Positions 24,601 to 35,800 of a stretch of DNA of 64,000 bases are shown one piece after another. The position numbers and the translations under genes are program-made. The stretch lies in NCBI GenBank assembly GCA_036172245.1, contig JAYWIR010000006.1, positions 3,224,001-3,288,000 of the forward strand, read 5' to 3'. The notes beneath the pieces were generated by a model, which was not told the DNA's origin, did not search any database, and was given only the letters and a program-made list of their open reading frames with translations. Within the stretch, counting starts at the first letter, position 1; every line of letters starts with the position of its first letter. The DNA comes from Raillietiella orientalis. Taxonomy: Eukaryota.

Positions 24601-27600
24601 GTTGAGATCAGATTAAAGGAGATCCACGCTTTCACCAGCGACAACGGCGGGGAGGGGGGGAAAAAAAGAAAAGAAAAGAACAGAAAGAGATGCTGCTCCG
24701 AGATAAACATCGAGCAGTCACCTGAATACAAAGGGCGACTCCTGGAAGGCCGATTCCGATCGGAAGACGCATAGCGCATGCAGCATCGTCCGCAGTACCA
24801 TACCTGAAAACATGTCGGGCATGCAGTCCGGCGGGAGATGAATGAATTGCAGCCCTGCATCGTAGCATCTGAGGAGACGCGAGAGAGCGCACGATAAATA
24901 AAAGCGCGGATCCGGAAGTACAGCCCTGGGTCCAGACGCTGAGATCATTGTTGCAAAGTCGGAAGCGGAAGGATGGATCTGACATCCTACGGGTTCGAAA
25001 ATCGGCATGCGTCGAGCCTTTTTGTTTTTTTCTTCGCTGACGCGCGCGCGTGTTGCGGAGGCAGTCGCGCTGGATACGAGTATGAGGGAGTTCTCGTAAG
25101 GGTTCCGGTGCGATGCCTGGTGGCCAGGGGGTGAGCTTGGGTGAGGAGGAGGAGGGGACGAAGCGAACACGGAAGGAAAGTGCGTTCTCCCCTTCCCTCC
25201 CTGTTCCGGTATCCGCGGCGACCGCATCCCGCGCCCTCTTCTCCGCAGCCGAAACTTTCTTCCGTCGCTCCGCACCGGCGCTTTGTTGGGACCGGGAAGC
25301 CCTCATCCAGAATTTAATTACGTGCGTCTTCGGGAAGAAAATTCCTTCGGCACGTCCTGTGCACTCCCGAAGAAGGCGGTGAGCTCGCGCGCGCGGGCGG
25401 CGCCTTCCACGTTGATTTTACACTTCTGTTATCGTGATGAAAAAAAAAAAATAAAAAAAAAAAAAAATTCCGGTAGGAAGGATTCATCCTCTCCGGGAAT
25501 AATTCCTTTTTTCCCTTCTTCTTCCGGAAAGCAAACATTCGTTAGCGCGATTTGAACCCATGCGGAACGCCCAGCCGGACCGGCGTGTGCAAGAATTTCA
25601 TTTGCCCGTTCGCGGACGCTTCATCTGCTTCCGAATCTCTCCTTCTTGAGCTAAAAACCGAGGAGGCCTTCTTCTCGAACGCTGCTCTTCTTCCTCCGGA
25701 GAGGCACCTCACTCCTCCTCCTCCCTCCTCGTTTTAAGATTCAGGATCGCAGCCCAAAGCGTTCCGTGGAAACTCGGCCCAATTAAACAATCAGCTGCTT
25801 CATCTTTTGTGCTAACAAACATTTTCGTTTCATCAGCGTTATTTCACCCCCTACCCCTCTCTCCTCCCCCCCCCCTTTTTTTTTTCCCTTGCCTCCTCAT
25901 TTCCTCTTCGTCACCTCATCCTCATCCTCCAGCTGCAGACGAAAAGAAAGAAATCAATCCTGGGAGTGCTCGAAAGAGAGCAGCTCGCCCAACGCCCCTG
26001 GAGGTGGGCGTGACTCGGGTGCGGCCTGCCCGCTTGGGGGTGCGTGCGCGCGGGAAAGAAACTCTTCCGCGGAACCGTCCCGCGACAGCCACCCGCGCCT
26101 TCTTCGCCGCCGCCCATCCCCCACGGCGCGCCTTCCTCCCGACGAGCGGAGCCGCTCCGCCTCTGCCGCGTGGTTCGTCCGCGCGTATTTCGAGTAGCCG
26201 TGCGGCAGTCGGCGCATCCGTAGGAGCCCTTCGGTGCGGACTCAGCCTCCGTGCCGCCGGTGCGAGAGGGAGGGAGGGAGGGAGGAAAAAAGTAAAGAGG
26301 AAAATCATCACCCGCTGGTCCTCCTCCGTCGCTGAGGATGGCCGGTGCCCGTGCGAACAGGACGACAGGAAGGGAGGAAAGGTCTTCTGTCCACAAAGTT
26401 GCTGGCCTCCCCTCCCCCTTTTCGCGCGTGCGCGCAGTGCCGCCTCCGCTTCCCGAGTTCGTTCGGATGAACTGCGAAGCGAACCTCCCCCCCTTCCCCC
26501 CCCCCCTCGAGTTCCGCTCGCATGGGAATCCCCAGGACGAAGAGAAGGGCAGCGTTGGCTCTTTGGCAGGAGAGCGAGCGAGTCGCAAAAAAAAAAAAAA
26601 AAAAAAAAGCCTTCGAAGGCGGGCTGAGAGAGAAGTCACAGCCCCCCCACTCCCCCCCCCCCCCCCGCTAGAAGTGGTTGTTTTCGTCACGTGCGGCAAA
26701 GCAAGCAAAGGAGGAGGAAAGAACGAAAGAAAGGAGGGGGGGAGGAAAATAAAAAAAAAAAAAAAAAAAAAAGAAGGAAGGAAGGAAGGAAAGTTGTGTA
26801 CGTCCGTCTCCTGAAAAATGCAGCCCAAGAAGAGCACACAAATTCTTCTTGTCCGCGAGGTCCGTGGAATCGCGCGGCACAGGAAACGAAAATGCGGATT
26901 TGTTTGCTCGGTTGTTTTTGTTTGCGTTCCCTCCCCCGCACGCAGTGGGCCCCTTCCACCGTCTCGCCCAAAGCGGCACGGCAGAAGAGGAAATTCGCGA
27001 CCATCGCCGGAATTTTCGGTGACTGTTTTTTTTTTCTTTTTTCCCTTGTTCCCGAGCATTTCCAAGGAGCCGATCGAAGGGGGGAGGGGGGGATGGATGC
27101 ATTCGTTGTCATGGCTTCACGCCGTGAAATCCGCTCTGTCCTGCGTCAGCAGGGTGTGCTCTCTTTCTTCAGGCACTGGGAAGCAACATCGACTTTCGGC
27201 CACCACCAGTGGACCGCATCCGTGGACCCGAAGCCGCTGGTATGGAACGCACGGGAACGTCTGTCGGTGTGTCACCACGGTCGGAATTCATCTCGCCACC
27301 TCGCGAGGTCAGCCGCAAGAGGTCTGACCTTGCCCCGTCCGTTCGTTCGTGTAACCCAGCATGCGGCCGAAAGAAAGTCGTCGGTGCGCGTGCGCGCGTG
27401 TTTTGCTTCTTCCTCGGCACCTCCGATCCTCCCTTCCCGTCGTCCGTCTTTTCCGTCTGGAAGGCACTCGGCCACGGGCGTCCACAGGTGCGGACGCACA
27501 GCGCCACTCTCGCGTTGTGTGCGCATTCGGCGCGAGCTCACCGGAAGAAGTTCCGCGCGCGGATGCGTCCAAGAGGCAGCAGCGAAAAAAATCCCCCCCC

Positions 27601-29259
27601 CCCGGACACGCCCTCTGGCAGAAGTGGCGCTCACGTCTCTCGACCCAGAAGGGCCTCAGCGTTTCCGCGGCGGCGGCGGGAAGCCGCACGGAGTTTGCAC
27701 GCGGTCTGCGGCCCGCTGTTTATTCCGCGCGCGTGTTTACGCCCAGCATCCTTGCTGCGGACGCAATAACAAAACTGCGCGAGGGATTCGTGGCCTGCGA
27801 GGGAGAGGGCGGGCCTGTTGTTTCCTGCGTCGTCGGGTTACCCCTTTTCACCCCTCGCACGTTCCGCCCGGTTCCCGGTGACCTGACCTCCTCCCCCCAT
27901 TGTTCGTCACTCTCTGAGTTGACGTCAGCCAGTCCTAATTCTGGAGACGCTCCCGAGGCGCGCGCGCGCCGTTCGGCAGTCGCCGGGAGTGCGGAGCGTC
28001 AGCCGAGCGGTAGCAGGAGGATGACGGTCGCGACCGCATTCGGGAGCAGGGGCGTCGCCCCGGGCCAAGCCGCGGCCGTTTTCCGAACCAGTGGTACGAG
28101 TGCTGCTGCCCGAACACCCATGCGGCTCCATCCCAGACTCGCCATCGATCCACGACGTCTTTCCCGGGAGCCATCCACCCCTGACAGCACCGGCCTGATT
28201 CGCGGGAGCAGCGCGTGACAGCTGCGGCAACCGTTCTCTTTGTTTATTTGTTTGTTTTTCGCTTGTTCATCGAGTGAAAGACGGCGAGATTCTTTTCGGC
28301 CGCCCCGGAACTGCGTCCGTCGGCAACCCAGTCCGTTGTTAACGGGCCCCGTGGCTGCGTGTGCTTGGCGACAGTGTTGTGCGTCTTCGTGGACTTCGTG
28401 GTTGACGGGGGTGGGTGGACGGCGAAGCGCTTTCGAAGAAGGGGAGCGCGCCCGGTAACGGGGGAAGGGGGGAAGGGGAGGGCATCGACGGCGACGACGA
28501 CGACGGCAACGACGCCTTCTCTTCGTCCGACATGCGTCGTGCGTTCCCGGGTGCGCGCCGCCGCCGCCGCCACCGCCGCCGAAAGCGGGTCCCATCCTAC
28601 GCCACCCTTTCTCCCGGTGCAGCGGCATCTCCTCGCCTCCTTTGGGGGCGTCGTAGACCCTCTGGGGCAGGTAGCGGCGCGCGCGAGGATTCTGTTTTGA
28701 TTGCTTGTTTGTTTGGCTCATCGCTGCGCCTGTGGTCTCCATCTGTCGCGTTGTTTGTTTGTGACCCCTTTGGATCCTCCCAGCTACAGCCAGCGACCAG
28801 CGCAACAGCCGCGTGCGTTCCGCGCGCGCTCGGAACCAAAAAGGGTGGGTGGGGGAAGAGGAAAGTACCAGGCACAGGACAGGACTTCTTCTGCCCTGAA
28901 GTTTTTTTTTTTTCTTTTTCTTTTTTGCTGTGATGCGCCGAGCAAAGGATGGGCGCTCGCTCGCCCTGATGCAGATGAGCGCGATGCTTTGAGGGTGAGC
29001 GGCGGCGAAAGAGGGCGCTCGGCGCGCAGGCAGGTGCTGCGCTGCTGCTTTTGGCGATCCTCCACCATTCTTCGACCGGGTGGACGCGTGCAGGCCGGGC
29101 CGTCAGGGGACCCCGGCACATCCCCCCTCCCCTGCGCCGTCGACGTCTTGGCTGCTCACACACTTTTGCTCGCTTGTTTGTTTCCTTGACGATGTAAAAG
29201 ATCCTGCAGCGAGTCGCATGTGTTTCATTGCCTTTTTTATCATTGCCTTCGTGTTGCAG

Positions 29260-29379
29260 AGAGATGTGGTAATGGACCCCGATTCAGATAATGAAGGAGT
29301 GATTAATCTCTCCACTTCTCAGCGCAGCTCTGGCGAAGACACACCTAACGGATCTCTTAATCTCGAAGATTCCGATCAG
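29260..29379 (+). CDS. FoxP: FoxP exon carrying ATG 29272: (RDVV)[36 protein letters not shown]
   Basis: Acceptor ccttcgtgttgcag|, donor CAG|gtaaac, phase 0 matching the exon at 43103. The INLSTSQR motif resembles arthropod FoxP N-termini as I recall them. The 12 nt before the ATG are open in frame. Confidence 0.8.
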
Positions 29380-32300
29380 GTAAACATTTATTAGCATTTC
29401 TCGCTCTCTCTCTGTGTGTGTGTGTGTGTGTGGTGTGTGTTTGTGTTTTTGGCTCCACTGTGGTAAGTGTAGCAAACGAAACGACCGATGGTGTTCGCCC
29501 TCGCACCGCGTGCTACGTGACCTCTGCTCTTCCCTGTCCTGCGACGTTTCCGCGTGTATTTTTTTTTTTTTTTTGGAGGGGGGGCATCGTCCGCTACGAA
29601 GAAGAGGTGCCTAATTTTTTCTTGGTGCTTCTTGAGCTCGTTAGCGCGCGCGCCTCCCTCCGCCGGGCAACTGGCGCACCCGGCCGGGCTTCCTTCCTTC
29701 CCTGCCCGAAGGAAAAGTTCATTCAGATGCGTTTTTTTTTTTTTTTTTTTTTTTTTTTTCGTATTCTCCGGCTGGTTCGGGTGCCGGTTCGGCCCCCTGC
29801 GCGCCCGAGTTGACCTTCACGCGCGGGTCGGGAGGTGGGCCGACCGTCCGGTGTGCCCCCGGACAGCACGGGCATGGAGCCAGTCGCGGGTGGATGTCGG
29901 GTCGCGATCGTGCAGGAGGAAGAGGTGAAGAGGCACCCGGAGAGGGTGGTGGCTGGTGGTGTTGAGGTCCTCGGCTACAGGCACGTTGCCGGCGTTTCTC
30001 TTGTTTGCTTTCTGGTTCTTTCCGGAGCGGCAGCGTTTAAAATTCCTCTGAGCATCTAACAGGTCCGCGCGCTCAGCGTGGTCCACGTTTCTTTCCTTTT
30101 TTTTTTTTTTGATCTCCTTCCTGCTCGCTGAACAAACAAGGCGCGCGGCCGAGCAAACAAGCAACAATCCTGGAAACGAACGTCCTCCTCCTCTTCTCTT
30201 TTCTCTCTTTCGCTGCGTGCGGTGGGTGGGCGAATTCTTTTGGTTTCCTAAGCACTCAAGAACCGTTCGCCTCCTTGAGAGGGGATCACGAAGCTCCTTA
30301 GCGCTGTGCACGCCGCCTGAGGGTGCCGGGTCACTCTTCAGGTTGGGGGGGTGACCCCCGAGGGCCATCCCATGGATCTAGGAAGGAGGAGTCCGTTCCT
30401 CTTGCGATTGGGAAGGAACCGCGAAGGAAACCTCTTGCTTATCTCACTTTGGAGGGTCGGATCCCGGAGGAGACCCGGACACCTCGTTTCTTCTGCGGAG
30501 GGAACCCCTCCTTGTTTCCTCCTATGAAGAGGGATGCTTCCCGGTTTCTCTGAAGCGCGCGCTCTTCCCGAAGGGAGCAGTGCGCGCTTCTGTAGCACTC
30601 CGGAGAGAGGCTTCCTCCAGTGCCACAACCGGAGCCAGCCGCCATCCTGCGCGGGGGGGGGGAGGGGGTCGTAACCCAAGACGCACCCCCTATTCGCAGC
30701 ATCGTTCCTTCCCCGGGCGGGATTCGAACCCGCGACGCGTGGTGGCACGCGCGGGAAGGGGGCTGGCCTCCTCCCGGTTGTGATTTGCCGGCGAGCGGGC
30801 CGCCGTGAGAATGGCGTCCGACTCGGGACGAAGCCGTCTTGCAGGAGACGGGGCAGCAGCGCCCCCGTGTGCCGCCTGTGCTGCAAGTGCCCCGGCCCGA
30901 TCGTTCTGCCCGCGTCGGAACACGAGTGGGGCGGGAAGGGGGGAGGGTAGGGTAGGGTAGGGAATGGCGTGCTTCCTGCTCCTGCCTCCAATAAATCGAA
31001 TTTTCGCCGTTGAGCAAATCTTCGGACGAGCGTTTAAAGCGGTATGAACGCCGCGCGCGCGGAATGTTTATGTTGGATGCTGCCGCGCCGCGCGGGCAAA
31101 TCGAATTTCGATGCATCGCGCTCGAATGTTTAGATTTCCAGTTATTTTTCGTTCAGATTAGTGGAACAAGCAAAACACCGGTATTTACACAAGGAGAGAA
31201 TGAAAACAGGGAGCGTCGCGTTGCCACCGTTCTTGAGAGATTTCCCTAATTGAATTAGCCGCGCCTTCCATCGAGTTCGGGCTGCTTGCTGATATCGGCA
31301 GCCGCCGCCGAAGAGCACGAAGAGCGGCGCCACCCGACCGCTCGGGAGTCACCAGGAGAAAAACCAATGCGGAGAGTGGGAGCGGGGTGGAAGGAAGGAG
31401 GAAGGTGCGGACGGGCGGCGTTTCCGGCAGGGGTCGCGCTCGCCCGCCTACTAGGTCGGAATCAGCCCTGCCCCCCATCCCCGTCCAGGAGAACGTTTCT
31501 TGCAACGTCTCCCCCGTCACAGGAAATCTGGAGACGACTCGATCCGTGCGCGCGGGGGAATCCAGGGCGTGAGCGGCCGGGCAGCTCCCATGCGCGAGGT
31601 CAGGGGACTGCGTGGGTCAGGAGTCAGCTCCCTCGTCCGCCGTAGGCGTGCAAGGTGAAGGTCTCTCGGCTCCTGCGCTGCTGCTTCTACCCCCGGCGGC
31701 GGCCAAGTGCCGATTCACGCTGGACCGCCATTACCCGAAATTGGAAACGCTTTGCTGCACGGGCGCGCGTCCCTGGAGCTGGCTGAAGGCTCCTTTTCCC
31801 GCCTCCTCTCGCCCGAGGGAAGAGGTTTCGGCAGTTTTCAAGAAGACACTGGTCGGGCTTGACCCCAGTTTCATTCCGCACGCCTCCATTGTGCCCGGTA
31901 GCGCCCGCGCCCAAAGGGTGTTGTTTTTCCGCTGCCGAACGCGTTTGGTAAGAAGCTGCAGCTCCTCCCGGTCCCAGAGCTTGGGCTGCGGCCGAGGCCT
32001 TCTTGCTCCGAGGTTCCCGTGTCGCGTGGCATCACGCCATCTGATCGCAGTGCTTGTTCCCGGTTCTTTCCCGCTCCGCGTGGCAGCAGCAGCAGCAGCA
32101 ACTGCTGCGTGTGTTGGTGAGGTAGCTGTGGCGTTAGGAATGCTTCCGAAGATGTCAGGGGCTTCAGCTTCGGGATCGATGTGCATCTCGTCCATCTTGC
32201 GGCCGTATCAGCTGCCGCTCCTTGGAGAATCACTTCCGGCAACCAGCCCCGAGCTCTTGGAAGCGCATGGCAGGAGGCCGGAATATCTTTCGGATGCTGG

Positions 32301-32783
32301 AGCTTTTTTTTTTTTTTTTCTTTTTTTCTTTCCGCTCAGTCTGTGCTCGGAATCGTAAATCCGGGGCCGGACACGAGCTGTAGAAGGGTACGGAAGGTGC
32401 GCTCTTCCGTTGCGGTTGTTGTTGTTGTTGTTGTTTTTTTTTTCCCCCCCCCCCCTCCCTCCCCCCTTCGTCTCACCCACTTCGAAAGGAGGCATCCTCA
32501 GCGTGTTCGTCGCCGTCTGAATCGCCGGCTCTTTCCTTCCTTTTTTTCTTTCCTTCCCACGTGACAAATGGCTCGTTTTCGCCTCTCCTCGCCCGAAGAA
32601 TGGACCCCTTGATTCGGGAGGTCTCGCTCTCCGCGGAAGCTCCGTCAGCTTTCGAGGAATCAATAAACAAATTGTTCGGTAGGTCCGTCGACCTTTCTCG
32701 ACTTCACGGTTCCACCACCTTTTTGGCGCAGGGCGACGGGCGCCTCGCTCCTGCGCAGCACCCGAAACGGAAGCGTTCGTTTG

Positions 32784-32814
<31 letters not shown>

Positions 32815-35800
32815 TTTTTCATTTCTTTGTATCACCGGCAGTCCCGCGCAAAAGTTACGGCGATCATTTTGCAGTTGAAAATGAAGAAAAAAAAAATAAA
32901 ATAAAAGTCCTTGTTTACGATCCTGCTCCGTGCTTCCCGGGACATGGGTCGCCCTCGACAAGAACGCCCCCCTCCCGTCGAGCCAGACGTTCCCACAAAC
33001 GCCGAGCGGTGCAGTCGCGAGCCATAAAAATCGGTGCTCCGGGTCTGTTTTCCCCGCAACGAATCTTTTCCTGTTTGGTAGCATCCCAGCAGTCTGATAG
33101 AATCGTTTTTTTTTTTTTTTTTTTTAATACTCTTCCGCGGTGGGAGTCTCGTGGTACCGCATCTTGCGACCTCTCTCTCTCGGGGTGTGTGTGGGTGCAC
33201 AATCGCCCCGATTGTTCCGAGTGTTTACCCCACTCGGCTCGTCCCGGGTGGCAGCATCGGCGGTGCCCATCCTGATACGAGATGTTCCCGGAAGAAGACC
33301 GCGCACGTCCCCCAAAGACGGGCTCCCTCCATCCCTCTCTCTCCCCCGTCCGTCGCACCGCGGAGGAGATGCGTCCTCCTCCTCCTCCACTGCGCCGAGT
33401 AAACGAGAAAACTCTTGCGAAAGTCGAGCCCGGCCGAGCTTTTTCAAAACGAATGATTTCCTCCCCCCCCCCCTCCTTTTCCCGTGTTTTCTTTCCTGCT
33501 CTTCCTCCTCCTCGGCAATCCCACCGCTTGTCTCACCGGATGCAAATAACTTGTTGTTGCTCGGGCCCGGTTAGGGCGAAGAGACGGCGTTTAAGGGAAA
33601 CCCTGCCTTCGCAAACAGAAGAGGCAAACGACAGACCGCCATATCTGGTACTTGTGGAGAGATTTATCGGTTAATCATCCCGCGCTAATTCTGCGTCTAA
33701 GTAATCGCTATCTTGAGGATTGTCCCAGCGCGGACAGCTAACGTCAGTATCATGATGGCGTCGTCACGATTTGGATGAAAACTTTTTCCCCTCTTCGATT
33801 CCGCAGCGCAGTATTCGTGGGATGTGACAGGAGTACCTATTTGATCTTCGAGATTGGTTCGATTTATGCATTCGGTAATTATCGAACTCTCGCTGGTCAT
33901 CCACGTCGTCCACGTGCACGCAGTCCGTTTGATCTCGCCGATGTCACAGAGTGGTCCGGTCGCCGGAAGGACTCTTTACAAAGTAACCTTCCCCTCCCTT
34001 CCCCTGCCCCCTTCCCGCCTCCGCTTCCCTGCTGTAAGTTTCTCGGCCGTGTCCCTCGACCTCCCCCCGCGGTGTGGTCTCCGCATGCTGTTGTCCATCC
34101 GGAGGCAAGGTGATCTTCTCGTAAGTCTGCCATGAACGTTGTCGGAGGTTTCCGCGAGACGGGAAGCGCCCACGAACGACCCCGCAGAGCGAAGCCGAGG
34201 CGCACCGTCGGGTGGACGTGGGCGGCGGTGGTGGTTGGCGTAACCACCATTCTGCGTCCGTTTTGCGGTAGTCTTCCGATGAATCGGCAGGGGCGGTGGT
34301 CCGAACGCGAGCGCCGCTTCTGCAGCCCTCGGACTGCGGCCGTTCGGCTGCGTGCTTTCGCGCCCTCGCTTTCGGAACGTACTCAGTTTGAAAGTACCGA
34401 GGAGTTTCCCCCCTTTTTCTTCCCTTATCGTCCATCCCATCGCCGGTAGCACCGCGTTCCCCGCGCATCCTTGATTGCCTTCCGCCTGTGCGGCCTTCCA
34501 TCCAGGATTCGCGCGCGCGTGTGCGTGTGTGCGCGACTTCTTCAGGCCTCGGGTACGAGATCGCGATGTCATCCGAAATTACGGGAAACGATTTCGAGTC
34601 CCCCTCCCCTCCCTCTCTCCCCTTCGAAAGCTCCTGGCGAGCAGCAGCAGCGGCGGCGGCGGCGAGCGGGATGGCCGGGGAGAAAAACAACCGGCTTCTT
34701 TCTCTTTTTGCGGTCCATATCTCCGGGGTCGCGCGGGGATGAGCGAGCGCCCCCGTCCTTATTTGTGGTAAGCGATTGCGCCTGTCCTCGCGAGGCAGGA
34801 GCGCTCCAGAGACCTTCTTTCCCGGGAGAGGCGGCGCCACCTCTCCGCCCGCGCGCGTTCAGGTGCGACTCGCCTTCCAAGCCGCGGTCCAGGATTTATT
34901 TCGCAAACAAACAAGTCTTCGGCAAACGGTAGTAGTCTCGCCAAAAGAAAAAAAAAAAAAAAAAAAAAGCAGAGAGAGAGAGAGAGAAGTGGGGGGGGGG
35001 GGAGAGAGAGAGAGAGAGGGAGAGAGAAAGAGAAAAGAAAGAAGCAAAGAAAGAAAGAAAAAGGCAATTATTTTCTTTCCTCGAACGGTTTAACGAACTC
35101 TGCGGCCCAGTGTCACTCGTCCGACAGGATTTCCTCTAAAGGGCCCGTGTTTACGAGTAAATACTGGCGCGTTGTACATATGTATCATTCCGTCTGGATT
35201 TATTTGGACCTCGTGCGTGTTTCGAATTAAAGCCCATTGTGTTGTTCGGGATCGCTGCGCTGTAAACATCCTTCGGATGCGATCGGCGGCCATGCGGGAA
35301 CGGCGTTCCGCGGGTCCTCCTCTGCAAGAGAGCCGCGCGCGACCCCTCTCCGAGCAGGGAGAAGACGGAGGGAGCTGCGAAATTCGCATTGTCTGAATTT
35401 TTACGATCGCACGTTTTTTTTTTTTTTTTTTTTTTTGGGGGGGGGGGAGAGGGGAGGGGAGAGGGGGGTGGGGGAGGGCGGAAGAACCCGTGCGCGAATC
35501 AGCCTCTTTCGTTATCCTCTTTGGCTGGGAGCGAATTCTCTTTCGGGGGAAAAGCGGGAAAATTGGAGTTTTTGCAAGTGTTTAATTGAACGTGTCAATA
35601 AGAGACGTACCATTCCTCCTGAAAGGCGGTCCCCGGAAGTCTTTGAATTATTTGTAACGCTCGCTTAACTGTTGAATGATAAGAAATGCTAATTCGATTT
35701 CGGTCCTCTTCACTCTTTTTTTTTTTTTCCTTCCTCCGAAGGCTATCACTTTGAAACATGCAAGAAATAAATTAATGGGCTTCTTTTCATTACCGTGTCA

